Source of the DNA: Fistulifera solaris | Taxonomy: Eukaryota | Length of the DNA stretch: 64,000 nucleotides | NCBI GenBank assembly: GCA_030295235.1 | Contig: AP026169.1 | Coordinates: forward strand, 62,001 to 126,000 | Reading direction: 5' to 3' | Shown: positions 1-12,502 of the stretch, piece by piece | Numbering within the stretch: the stretch's first letter is position 1 | How the letters are laid out: each line of letters starts with the position of its first letter | Notes under the pieces: generated by a model | The model's database searches: none | Told to the model about the DNA's origin: nothing | What the model saw: only the letters and a program-made list of their open reading frames with translations | Position numbers and translations under genes: made by a program

Positions 1-1363
1 GCACACGATGAATCTTTTGAACCGATCGAATTCATTGTTGACGAGAACCAGTTGACACCGGAACAGGAAGAATTGTTGGAACAGTCACCTTTACAAAAAC
101 AGATTCAAGCCATGATGAAAAATATGGAATTAACTGAACAAGATGTCGAAGCGATAGGCGATTTAGAGGAAGCCGTGGCGGCGACGCCCGATCTCATGCG
201 CGATGATCCGTATCCGGCCGCAGCGTCTCCCGACTATGTCCGCCCACCCGGTGTCACGGACGACCTGTTGCGAGACTACGACGCCACATACAAGCGAATG
301 GAACAAGTCATCGACGAAGAACCATGGGATAAGGTGGTGTTACGGGAATGGCAAGGCTACGAAGGTCTATCGAATGAAACGTTGTCGGAAATGGAAGATT
401 GTTTGGAAGAAATGGGTGGTAGTGCGTACAATGTCACTCGATGGTTGTTGTACGACCTCAATTTCAATGTCTCCAACTTGATTTTGGCGGCCGTCAAACA
501 CAATCGCGAAGCCCCGGTATTGTTTCAACACTGGTACCCGCAATTGGTCACCTACAAACGGTATCAACACGCCCGCGACCGCAATTTCGATTTCAATTGG
601 CACGATGTGGAACAAGCGGATCTGGGAGAATTAGAGCGCTATTACCAGGGATTCGGATACGACGAAATTCCCACCAAGGCGCCCGCCGAGACGGGTATTA
701 TCCGTCTCGAAGACTTGGACGAAGAAGAGATCAAAATGGCCGCCTTTGAGAGTTGGATGACGGATGTCTACAATCCCGAATGGGATCGCAAAGATTTTGA
801 TGATGATGACTTTCAAGACGAGGACAATGTGTTTTCCGAGTTTTATGAACCCCCAGCATCCCGATTTGCCCACGTTCGAGGAAGCCATGGAAGATTTGGA
901 AGTGTGGAAAGAGCAATTGGGTGAACACGCAGACGATCCAGCCATGGCGGCGTACCGCGACCGCATGGGTCAAAGTTTCAATTACAAGGTCGTCCGCGAT
1001 GAAGAATTCGAACGCGAATTCCGTGGACACATGATAATAGCCTGTACCGCTGCGGAATACGACCTCGACGTGGCCGAGCAGATTACGCTCCGATTCGACA
1101 AAGAATTCGGCAAACAAGTCTTTGTGGAGACCCGCGTGTTGGCCTTGGCTCGTGAAGAAGACAATGTGTACGAGATTTGGTTGGAAAGTTACGATATTGA
1201 ATTATTACACTCAAAGAAGCGGGCTCTTTCGAATTTCAAAGATTGGACGGGCCCTGCCGAAGTGGATGCCGCCCAAATTGACTATTTGGTGGACCGAGTA
1301 CGTTATCTGATCAGTGACGATTCACGGTATAGTTACCGGATGGAAATGGAATATGCGGAATAA
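1..1363 (+). CDS. Acidic hypothetical protein, 5'-truncated at the window edge, with an apparent homopolymer frameshift at ~853
   Basis: Frame is open from base 1 (AHDESFEPIEF...). ORF 52..924 joins ORF 764..1363 at a C-run (FYEP|PQHPDLPTFEEAMEDL). Composition is coding-like; no family recognised. Confidence 0.7.
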
Positions 1364-1912
1364 CATGATTATAATTTAAGTTGAATGGACGAAATGTGCC
1401 TTTTTGTAGACTATGAACTGCACTTCGTAACGAGTCACCTTAGCGACGAGCAACGACAGCTCTTTCTCTGTACCGGTCCGACTTCTATTACTTAGTACAC
1501 GTATTTTTTCGTCATTGGCCTGGCCTTATTACCCAGGACCCAGGCCCGAGGCTCCAGGCCCTTTGCGGATTTGTAGTGTGGCAAAGAAAGAACATGCGTA
1601 GCACCCCATCAAAACGCCGTGTGTTCCCTCTCGTGTTTTGTTCGAAAATAAGAAAGGAACAATAAACGTTGAGCGCGTTCTTGCTGTCACAATGGCGGAA
1701 GCCTATTATTGCGGCGACGCAAAAAAAAGAATAAGAGGACTGAAAACTGATTTTTGATTTACAGTTTTGTTTTAGCACGAGTAATCGATTGATAGCAGGA
1801 GAAAGAAGAAGTCAAGTCAGCGAAACGCAGCAAATAGATTCCTGTAAAGAAAAGAAACTATTTTTTCTCGGGAGAGCGCGCGCTACATTCCCCGAAAACT
1901 TGTTCTTCTGTC

Positions 1913-3354
1913 ATGCGTGTCCTTCTTCGTTATCCAAGAAATAATAGTGACGAAGAAGTAAAAATCGATAGTGTTTTAGTCAGCGAAGCAGAGCAACCGC
2001 AGCAACAAGAAGAAGACAAAGTCAAGTCGACACGACCCGCCAGTCCTTTCTCAAAAGAGCCTTCTTCACCGAAAGACCTCCCCGTTGAATCCAAGAAACG
2101 CCCACGATCACCTTTTGACTCGAAACCCGCAGCTATCATGGTCGATGGTGGTCGTCGTCGACGATGGGACGACGAAGAACTCGTTGAAAATCAACCTCCT
2201 CCGCCTCTCTTTCCTCGCGTATGGGTGCTAGAAGAGGAAGAAGAAGAAGAACCCACCGGCAGTCCTACGAATCATCGTGCGACAACACCTTCCGAACGAG
2301 CCTTTCAGGAAAAACTCAAAAAGGAACGGGGCTTGGAAATTGTTGAACAAGCTGGAGACGGGAATTGTCTCTTTCGTGCCGTGAGTTTGCAAGTCTACGG
2401 GGATGCTTCTATGCACGCCGAAATTCGGGAACGTTGTATGGATTTCATGGCCCGGGATCCCGAACATTTTGCGCCGTTTGTCGACGGAGATTTTGCTGCA
2501 TACATCAAGCGTAAACGTCGTTTGGGGGTGCATGGTAACAATCCCGAAATACAAGCCATGAGTGAATTGTTCAATCGACCCTTTGAGGTTTTTACGCCCG
2601 ATCGCGGTACCGAGCCTCTCAATATCTTCCAATCCACCTACAAGACGAAGGATGTACCGATTCGTTTGTCGTATCATGATGGGAATCATTACAATGCGGT
2701 GATTGATCCGTTACTGCCGACGGCCGGTTTGGGATTGGGTTTGCCCGGTTTACAACCCGGTTTGGCGGATCAACTTCAGTTGGCCAAGGCCGTCGTCGAA
2801 TCGGATCAGTTGGCAGATGAAATTGAATTGCAAAAGGTGCTGGAAGTGTCTCGAGATGATGAGTTGCAACGTGCTCTCAAAGAAAGTAATGCATTGGTCG
2901 TAGAAAAGGTTCGTTACTATGCGATGTTTTTCTACAAGCTCATCATCAGGGAGTCCCTTACATACATACACTATTCCTCTTTTTTTCTTAGATGTACGAT
3001 CCAGCGGATTATGTAACAGAGGGAATGGGCGACGACGAATTTGATCTAGAGCAAAAAGTTTTACTGCAGTCTCTCGAAGAGTATCGTCGTCAAGAAGAAG
3101 GGCAAAAACAACGAGCGAAATCGTCGAGCCCCGTTGCCGCAGCGCGGTTGCCGGAAATCGCCACCACGGCTTCGTTTGCTGCCTCTGCCGCAGGAGTGGC
3201 ATCCCTTCCCACAACCCGGCCCATGGACGAATATCCTGCGACAGTACAAGAGCTCGTCATGAATGGATTTGAGTTACGGAAAGTGGTGCATGCCTACGAA
3301 CTGATTGGTGATGATTTTAATGACTTGTTGGCCTTCTTGATGTCCAATTGTTAG
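1913..3354 (+). CDS. OTU-domain deubiquitinase (OTUD5/DUBA-like) with UIM-like and C-terminal UBA-like segments; intron 2909..2991
   Basis: Catalytic motif GDGNCLFRAVS, HGNNPEIQAMSE and YHDGNHYNAV; UIM-like DDELQRALKES. A phase-0 GT..AG intron joins ORF 1913 to ORF 2992..3354. Confidence 0.88.
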
Positions 3355-3421
3355 CTACGAACTGAGTGATGGCTTAGCTGAATAATGATTAGTAGAGTTG
3401 CATAAAGGTAGTCTAGATAGT

Positions 3422-4861
3422 CTATATTTTCTCTGTTTTCTTCTTTCGGGCACAATTGGAATGCGGTTCGGGCAAGCCTTCCACTTTTTCGATGTGATCT
3501 GTTTTGGTGTAACGATAGTTGTGATAGCCCTTGCCCATATAATGGCGTGATGTGAGGACATCGGTCGAATAGGAGCTACTCCGGACACCAATAAAGACAT
3601 CGGCATTCAAAGCTAGATCAAAATTGACCACGGAATGGAGCAACGATCCGTGATCGACTACTTCCGGATGAGATACGTAATGTTCTTGCACCAGACGCTC
3701 CCCGCATTCTAGGACCTGTACCTGCCGCGAACCGACACTCCATCCCTCACGAACAAGACGATTCAATGTTTCCAAATTGTGTTGCGAATGCGCTTGACGT
3801 TCGGCGGACTCGGTGGGTGCCATCATTCCTGCCCGCGAGACGGCAATAACCAAACCAGTCACATGCGGATAGTTTGTTTCAAACACCGTCGCGACTTGCT
3901 GTAAGATACGAGTCAGATTGCGTTCCATATCAATACCACAAACATGTGCCATCATATCCATTTCCAAACGGGCATGTAAGACGGCATAATGGGGTGTATG
4001 GGTTACAACACATTGCTGTGCAACCGCACGCCATTGCGGTGCCGGACGGAGGGCTCGATAAACCCATTCATCGACCTGCAATATTTCCTTCCTATGCGTG
4101 ATCTTCTTTTTTGTAAAATATTCTAAATAATCATTCCACAATCGTCCTGCTTGGGTGCCACCGCCGTACACAACAGGATGTTGACAATGCTGAACCAGTG
4201 GTAAGAAGTCTTGTTTGCGTGGATTGAATTCTTTGAGTTGAAGAGTGATATTTCTGAGGGGATGCAAATACCCCCGATCGAGTGTGGCTTGTTGCAACGG
4301 GTGCAAGGTTGTGTTGGCTGTCGTTCGAGGAAATTCCCAGCAATCGGAATTATGCAAAGGTTCCCATATCAAGAGAGGCAACTGCGGGTGAAACTGATTC
4401 CAGTATGGAACATCGAAGATCCATTCCATCGGTATCGGATACCATTTGGATTCATTTGTTAGAGTGACGATTTGCGTCGACCAGAGAATCGAAGGTAAAT
4501 AGATTTGTTCCAGATGATGCTGTTTTGCGTACAAAACAAAGGCTATCCATCGTAAAACTTGATTCCGATAGCCACCCAATAAGCCAGGTGGAGACAAGAG
4601 AGCTAATGTGGAATTGGGAGATTGCTGAATCGGGCGTTTCGCATCGCGAAGGAAATAAGAAAGCACGTGATTGCTGCTCGAAGATAATGTAACATTCAGA
4701 CGGTGCATCGCAAGAAGAAGGCAAAGTATATAACCCACAAAGAGGAGAAAAAAGACAACGTATCGTCTCCGAAAACGACAGCTAAAGAAGCGTCTCTGCT
4801 GCAACAAGCGATGGTGCGCATTTTGAAGGTGCTGCTCGCGTCGTTTCCGCACAGGACTCAT
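3422..4861 (-). CDS. GDP-fucose O-fucosyltransferase-family glycosyltransferase, type II membrane
   Basis: Basic N-tail plus TM (YVVFFLLFVGYILCLLLAM). O-FucT-like motifs GGYRNQ (G-x-x-N-Q), HARLEMDM (H-x-R-x-E-x-D) and DVFIGVRSSSYS. Confidence 0.8.
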   Translation of the reverse strand: MSPVRKRREQHLQNAHHRLLQQRRFFSCRFRRRYVVFFLLFVGYILCLLLAMHRLNVTLSSSSNHVLSYFLRDAKRPIQQSPNSTLALLSPPGLLGGYRNQVLRWIAFVLYAKQHHLEQIYLPSILWSTQIVTLTNESKWYPIPMEWIFDVPYWNQFHPQLPLLIWEPLHNSDCWEFPRTTANTTLHPLQQATLDRGYLHPLRNITLQLKEFNPRKQDFLPLVQHCQHPVVYGGGTQAGRLWNDYLEYFTKKKITHRKEILQVDEWVYRALRPAPQWRAVAQQCVVTHTPHYAVLHARLEMDMMAHVCGIDMERNLTRILQQVATVFETNYPHVTGLVIAVSRAGMMAPTESAERQAHSQHNLETLNRLVREGWSVGSRQVQVLECGERLVQEHYVSHPEVVDHGSLLHSVVNFDLALNADVFIGVRSSSYSTDVLTSRHYMGKGYHNYRYTKTDHIEKVEGLPEPHSNCARKKKTEKI

Positions 4862-5508
4862 TCGTGCATTGCTTAGAGTATGAATACGAACGGATACGAG
4901 GGGAAAATTGCATTTGTTGATCGATTAGCAAGGCATCATCATTGTTATTTTTTGTGTCAAAGGATCAACGCTGCAGCGATACAAGTACATAGAAGTGTAG
5001 GATACCTTTTGTCGCGACTGACTTTCAGTCATGAGTCATGAAACATCAGTCGTCGTCAGGAAGGATGATGCTCTTACTCGTGCAACTTTCGCGTTTAGGT
5101 TCTCCCATTCTTTTCGTGAGTTGACGTTGCTAGTAACCGAAAACTAGTTTCGATTAGTATCTGCGTCGAGAATTCATCCTATCTTGAAAAGCTAAATTGT
5201 GCTATACTTCAAAGTGTAAGCGGCACTTCGTCACGACTGGATTTTTAGTCATGAGGAATGGCGAATCTTGCTGTTATTATTCCGCTAACATTGTTTTCTT
5301 TGCTAGATCCTTGCGTTTGATTCAAAAGCAAGCAATCGTTTGTACAATAGATTTAGCGATTTATTTTATTACAAGTACATTAAGGAAACGTATGACTCGC
5401 GCGTCATCGATTCACAACAAAAGATAGATGATAGATGCGTGAGAAAATTTGATGAGAAAGTAGGAGAACAATCTCATGAACTTCCAGCCGCTCGTACGCA
5501 GCCACCCT

Positions 5509-8500
5509 TCACGCGAACACGTCCGGCCATTCCTCGGAGAATTCGCTGTAGCCCCAAGACTCGACATCGTCCCAATTGAGAATTTGCTTTGATAGCGGCA
5601 CGACAGCCTGCTTCGCCAGGCCTGGTGGATTCAAAACACTGCGAAGTAACTTCTTGTTGTACGGTTGTTGAAGAAGATTGGTCTGAATTTTCTGCACGAC
5701 GTCGAAATGATTCTTTTCATCGCTCAAATCACGGTCGTACTCGAACTCTTCGTACGGAATGGAGTTCAGGGCAAAATAGTTTCGAGCTTGTTTGTAGTAG
5801 CGGGTCGTCTTTTCAATGAACTCTTCTAGTTCCGACCGATCAATCTTGATGGCATCCTCTTCTGTGGTTCCTACGTTCGTCCACTTCTTCCTTGCCTTGG
5901 CAATCTGGAATGAGACAAAGATTTCTAGCATGTTCCGCCTCCAAAGAACCACATACTCTGTCTCCATATCGGAAAACAACGACATGAATCGCTGTAAACT
6001 GGTTTTCATCAAACGTGTAATCTGATCGGGGAATACTTTGAGGACAAAGAACGCTTGTGGAAGATGTGACGGAATGCGATGAATGAAATCAAGCACAGCC
6101 GCCGAATTTTCAAGTCGCTGTGATATCACGTTTTGAAGCTCTTCGATCACTTGGCGTTGCGAAGAGCTCTGGCCAAGCTTCGGAGAGAGCCGTCGCAAAG
6201 ACTTCATCAGGCGACGTGAATTTCCTTTCAGAGAGAGGGTGGCCCGCATCCCAACCACAGCCACGCTGGATCTGGTCGATAATGCGACCGAGGACACGTG
6301 CTATTAGCGACAAGTCGTCCCCGAAAAACTCGTACATGTTTAGCACATCGACCTTTGACTCTTGTCTTGTTGCAAGATTCTTGATGAAAGCAAAGAATAA
6401 GTTTGATCCTGTCCGGGCATTGGCGACAATCAGGATCGGTTGATGACGTCGTGCATTAGTGCTTGAAGCCTCGCAAATGAAGGTGGATCGGTCGTTTGTT
6501 TTGACGAAGGAACGTATCGCTTTTGAATTGTGTTCTCCAGCGTACTTCTTCAATACAAGTTCTTGCTGTGGCTGGCCTTTTGATGTATCACTGATAAGAA
6601 GCGACTCACCGCTTGTTGACGCCGCCAAAATATCTGGCCATTCCTCAGCAAGTTCGCTGTAGCCCCAGGATTCGACATCGTTCCAGTTAACAATCTGTTT
6701 TGAAAGTGGCACAGCAGCTTGCTTGACTAGACCGGGTGGATCCAGAACGCCGCGAAGTAGATCCTCGTTGTAAGGCTGATCCAGAAGGCTCGTTTGAATT
6801 CGCTGCACGACGTCAAAATGATGAGTACTATCACTCAAATCTCGGTCGTACTCAAACTCTTCGTAAACTATCGACTTCGACGCGAAATAGTTACGAGCTC
6901 GCACATAGAAAAGCGCGGTCTTTTGGATGAATCCTTCCAGCTCCGAGCGGTCCACTTCAATGGCATCATCTTCTGTTGTTCCTACGTTGGTCCACTTTTT
7001 CATTTGTTTGGCGATCTGGAACGACACGAAAACCTCCAACATGTTGCGACGCCACAGGATGACGTATTTGGTCTTCATCTCGGAGAACAAAGCAATGAAT
7101 TGTTCTATGGTAGTGTTCATGAGCCGGTTGACTTGATCGGGGAATACCTTCAACACAAAATACGCTTGTGAAAGATGTGACGGAATGCGATGAATGAACT
7201 CGAGTACAGCCTCCGGATTTTCAAGTCGCTGCGATATCACTTCTTGAAGCTCCTTAATCACTTGAAGATGCGAAGGGATACTGCCAAAGTCCGAAAGTGC
7301 AGTGGCAAAGACTTCGTCGGGCGAAGAGAATTTGCGGTCTGCATAGAGTTCATGTTTATTCCAACCGCAGCCACGTTGTATCTGGTCGATGATGCGACAT
7401 AAAACGCGCGATACCAGAGCCAAGTCGTCGCCAAAGAACTCATAAAGGTTGAGGACGTTGACCGAGTCTTCCTGTTTGGATGATAGATTCTTGATGAAAG
7501 CAAAGAAAAGGTTCGATCCTGTGCGAGCGTTCGCGACGATCAAAATGGGCTGATGAACCTTTGCGCCTTCGAGAGAGGTCTCACAAATGAAATCAAAACT
7601 GCTGTCTTGGAAGTTTGCCTTGCCGATGGGGCGAATTTCGTTCATAGCAGCAGCATTTGTCTCGCTCGTTGCTCCGGCAGACACCATCGTCGCACTGATC
7701 TCTGCTTCTGGAAGTTCCTTGTGAGCAGGGAGTGCTAGAATGTCTGGCCAGTCATCTGAAACGTCACTGTAGCCCCAGGATTGAACATCCTCCCAATTGA
7801 CGATCTGTCGTGCTAGTGGTACAACAGCCTGCTTGGCAAGTCCGGGTGCGTCTAGAACGCTTCGTAACAGTTGTTCTTCGTACGGCTGGTGGAGTAGTTC
7901 TGTTTGGATCCGCTGCACGACATCGGGATGACGGGAGCTGTCGCTCAAGTCGCGATCATATTCGAATTCTTCATATGTAATCGAGTTACAATCAAAAAAG
8001 TCTCGCGCTTCAACGTAGAACTGGGTGGTCCTTTGAATGAACTCTTCGAGCGTCGAGCGATCAACTTCAATGGCATCGTTTTCTGTTGTTCCGACATGAG
8101 TCCACTTATTCATTTGCTTGGCTATCTGGAACGACACAAAAATCTCCAGCATGTTGCGGCGCCACAGGATGACGTATTGGGTCTTCATGTTTGAAAATAG
8201 AGCGGCGAATTTTTGAATAGTAGTGTTCATGAGCCGGTTCACTTGATCGGGGAATACTTTCAAAACAAAGTACGCTTGCGACAGATGGGAAGGAATACGA
8301 TGAATGAAATCGAGAACGGCTGCTGGATTTTCCAGTCGCTGTGAGATTGCACGCTGCAACTCGTCGATCACTTGTCGTCGGGAAGGATTGGCACCAAACT
8401 CCGAGAGAGCGGCTCTGAACACTTCATCGGGTGATGAAAACTTTCGATCATAGTAAGCATTTTGCATCTCCCAACCGCATCCTTTTTGAATCTGGTCGAT

Positions 8501-10900
8501 GATGCGAGAGAGAACACGTGCAATGAGACTCTTATCATCCCCGAAAAATTCGTACAGCTCGAGGATGTCCACTGCGGAATCTTGTTTGGAAGCGAGACCT
8601 TTGATAAAGCCAAAAAATAAATTGGATCCTGTTCTAGCGTTGGCAACGATCAGGATCGGTTGATGTGGAGCCAGGTCGTTGCGAGTTGCTTGGCAGATAA
8701 AGTTCACGCCGTCGTTGTTGTGGACGTCCCCCATACGGACGGGAAGAAGCTGGTCCAAAGTACCTTGCGAAGCTTTCTTCGCCACAACGAGATCGGTCAT
8801 TATCTCTGTCGTTTCAAAAGATTCTTGGGAAGGAAGCGCCAAAACATCGGGCCATTCTTCAGCGAACTCACTATAGCCCCAGGATTCCACATCGTACCAA
8901 TTCATGACTTGCATCGAGAGGGGGCACCAGCGCTTGTTTGGTCGTTCGGGGACCATCCAGTACGGCGCGAAGCAGCTGTTCATTATAGGGTTGTTGCAGA
9001 AGGTTATTCTGTATCCGCCGCACGACATCCAAGTGCTGCTGTTCTTCACTCAAATCTCGATTGTATTCGAACTCTTCGAACGGAATGGAGTTGGACACCA
9101 GGTAGTCTCGCGCTTGCCAATAATAGCGCGTCGTCTTTCGGATAAACTGCTCGAGCTCCGGACGTTGGACTTGGATGGCATCTTCTTGCGTTGTACCGAT
9201 ATTCGTCCACTTCTTCATTTGCTTGGCTATTTGGAAGGAAACAAAAGATTCCAGCATGTTACGGCGCCAGAGAATGACGTACTGGGTCTCCATGTGGGCG
9301 AACAGTGATACGAACTCGTCTATGGTCGTTTTCATGAGGCGGTCGACTTGATCGGGGAAAACCTTCAACACAAAGTACGCTTGTGGTAGATGAGACGGAA
9401 TGCGATGTACGAAATCGAGCACACCCGCTGGATGTTCCAGACGATTGACGATCACTCGTTGCAGTTCCTCAATCACGTGTCGTCGGGACGACAGTGTGCC
9501 GAGTTCCGCAAGTGCGGTTTCCAGAACGGTGGCCGGCGAAGAGAATTTACGAGTGGCATACCGCTTGTGTGTCCCATCCACAACCAAGCTGGATGCGGTC
9601 CAAGATTTGACAAAGGACTCGTGCCAATAGCGCCGTATCATCGCCAAAGAATTCGTAAAGGTTGAGGACATCGACTTGCGATTCTTGTTGAAATGCCAAG
9701 TTCTTGAAGAACGCAAAGAGCAGATTCGATCCAGTTCGCGTGTTGGCGACAATCAATATAGGTTGATGAGGCTTGGCTCCCATTCGCGTCGTTGGGCAGA
9801 TGGAATCGAAAGCACCGTCTTGGAACTCCTCCACGGGCGGAATATCTTGTATCATCGGTTCCTTCTTGGTAGTCATTACTGTTGCAACATAGGACGGAGC
9901 GAATAGATCCGGCCATTCCTCGGTCGATTCCTTGTATCCCCACGACTCGACATCCGGCCAATTGATAATTTGTTTCGACAAGGGCACGAGTGCTTGCTTC
10001 GCCGTCCCTGGTTGCTCCAATACTTTCTTGACTAATACTTCATCGTGTGTTTGATTCAATATTTGCGTATGAATCCGTTCAATGACGGCTGCATGCCGTT
10101 CCGTATTCGACAAATCTCGATCGTATTCAAATTCCTGGTAAGGAATGGCGTGTTTCGTCAAATAGTTCCGCGCTTGTAAGTAAAAAGTCGGCCGTGTGTT
10201 GGACAAACCAGTCGAGTTCGGATTTCGTAATGTTTACGGCATCATCTTCTCGGGTACCGACATTGGTCCATTTCTTGCGTTGTTTCGCAATTTGAAAGAT
10301 ACAAAGGTTTCGAGCATGTTGCGTCTCCACAAAATGACATGTTGAGTCTTTAGATCAGCCAAGGAATCGATGAAATCCGCGACGGAAAGTTGCAGCTTGT
10401 CTGACAAGTGATAGGGAAAGACTTTGAGTACAAAAAATGGGTGCAAGGACCGTGAAGGTACACGATGTAAGAATTGTAGTAACGCGGCTGGATGCAGAAA
10501 GCGTTCCTGGAAAACGCTTTCAAGTTCACGCAAGACGTGTTGTTGCGACGGCGTCGCATTGAATTCGGCACGTGCCGTTTGAAAGACTTCATTTGGCGTC
10601 GCAAATTGCCGCAAGGTATATTTCTTGCGCGTATTCCATCCGCAACCGTTACGAATTTGATCGATAATGCGACAGAGAACTTGTACCAACAGCGCATCGT
10701 CTTCTCCAAAGACTTCGTACAATTGCAAGACATGCACTTGCGATGATGTTGATGATGATGACGACGAAGCTAAATTCTTGATGAAACTAAAAAACAAATT
10801 CGATCCCGTTCGTGCATTCGCGAGAATCAAAATAGGGCGATGGGGAAGGGTTCCCGCTGCCGCCGTGTGACACACAAATGTGTGTGGTTCGTCGGTCCCC
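5509..10900 (-). repeat. Five diverged tandem coding repeats of ~1.1 kb (sulfotransferase domains)
   Basis: Homologous RTGSN-encoding sites at 6401, 7511, 8621, 9724 and 10798, i.e. spacings of 1110, 1110, 1103 and 1074 nt. Confidence 0.9.
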
Positions 10901-11103
10901 ATAGAAAGCGTCAATGGCGCTTGTGCGAGCAGTGGATCGAATTGACTCGCGGGGAGAGGACTTTTTCGCCGCGTTATTTGCTGTTGAGCGAGCAAATGCT
11001 CCATGGCTTCTTGATAACTCCATTCGGTAGCAACCGAAATCAGCCACAAGACGATGACGAGAGAGACGAAACGACACGAGATGGATTTACGTCGGGGTGC
11101 CAT
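5509..11103 (-). CDS. Giant (~1,860 aa) type II membrane protein with five tandem Stf0/NodH-like sulfotransferase domains; five apparent frameshifts (~10295, ~10184, ~9565, ~8922, ~6180)
   Basis: N-terminal TM (FVSLVIVLWLISVA). Five copies of the PAPS-binding loop IL[IL][VL]AN[AT]RTGSNL (~10798, 9724, 8621, 7511, 6401), each followed by YE[FV]FG, LKVFP, [IV]LWRRNMLExFVSFQIA and EFEY[DN]RDL. ORFs 10234..11103, 10127..10330, 9547..10206, 8871..9752, 6110..9049 and 5509..6297 join colinearly. Confidence 0.8.
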
Positions 11104-12502
11104 TGTTGTTGTTTCGAGCGTCTATGTTTTCTTTTATCAAGCAAAACGAAGTCTGCTTTTCGAATCAAATAATTATAAATACGGGCTTGGAAATAGAAAT
11201 AATCAAAATCAAAATAAGAGTGTCAGAGAGAGTGTCAAGCCCCGGCAGGCCAACCAAGTGGGCGGTAATACAAATGCCGAGAATGCATCCTCACTCCTCA
11301 CGCTCGGTTTGCTGTGAGATTTTTCAAACCGTTTGGCACCATGCTTCTGATTTGGCTCACCCACTTCGTACTGACGGTTGTGGGGCTGTAAATCAGGGCA
11401 TAGTTGTAACGAATAATTTCCGTTACCTTCCGCAGTTCAAAATTCGAAACATTTACAAGGATAGGGACTGCCAGTACAATCCGCACAGTCGACAATGATT
11501 CAGTTCTCTATAAGGATACTGTACAAGAATGCCGATCATTTCCACAGTTAACGCTTTTGGGATTTTCAAAATTTGAATGGGTTTCCAGTTTCCATTCAAT
11601 CTTCTTAAGAGATATAAGTAGATCATTTCGTGAACGAAGTGGGCAAGCTCAAAACTGGAACATTCGACATTCACGCATTGTACTTTTATTTGGTATAGTA
11701 AAACAGGAGGGCATAGCTGCAAGTGAGCTGCCATCTGGCTGACACTTCGGAAACTGTGTAAGCTGCTACGGAAAATGGAAAATATACACACAAAACCGTG
11801 GCGCATTTCTCTTCAATGAGATCCTACGTACTACGTAGTAATAATATTTCTTCTAAATTTCCTAAACATGCGAGGGAACATGGAAAGGCACAATACTTAT
11901 CACTTATCAGGAGCAAGGGGAAAGCTTGTGACTTCCGCTTCCGCATCCCCGCATCCCTATTACTGGTACTGTAAACGCGAAAAGCGAAAAGCATAAACGC
12001 GCACCCGTCGAACTTCCGAAAAACGCTGCATGGGAAGAAAACGAATAATTCAAATTATTTTTTTAATGGATACCTGGTACCCTGGTTCGGAACACGGAAC
12101 AAGTAACCTTAATAACGAAGATCGACTATATAAAAGTTGTTGGGAATTATGAATTATTGACTTGAAATGTTATCGTCTACTGGTACCGCTACCGGATCCA
12201 GATCAGACTTCGAAAATTGGATTCCGAAACAACAAACAGACTGTCCTGTGCCGGCTCTGATCTCGCTCCAAAACTAAAAGAGATCATAACCGTCGCGTCC
12301 CAAACTGCCCAAAAGTGAATACTCCGTAATACTCTTGGTCTGGTCGACTGTTGCACCCGGTAGTCTCGAACCAGGGAGTCTCCAGTTACGAAAGCGGTAC
12401 AGAGTGCTTTGGTTGTCATTTAGCTAGGTATAGCTTGCTCGAACTTTTTCCTCTAGATCTAGTTCTATCGAGGTTAGTGTTTGATTGACTCCACAACTTT
12501 CA

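Noticed and set aside
5509..10900. Assembly-generated tandem duplication or CRISPR-like array
   Set aside because: Units differ at many synonymous sites and have unrelated linkers; there is no short repeat-spacer structure.
5509..11103. Several separate tandem sulfotransferase genes or pseudogenes
   Set aside because: The breaks fall inside domains at 1-2 nt indels, the inter-domain linkers are open, and only the first unit has a TM anchor.
11097..12420. Short ORFs between the giant sulfotransferase and the TBL gene
   Set aside because: No recognisable motifs and inconsistent strands; treated as intergenic, though a decayed remnant cannot be excluded.
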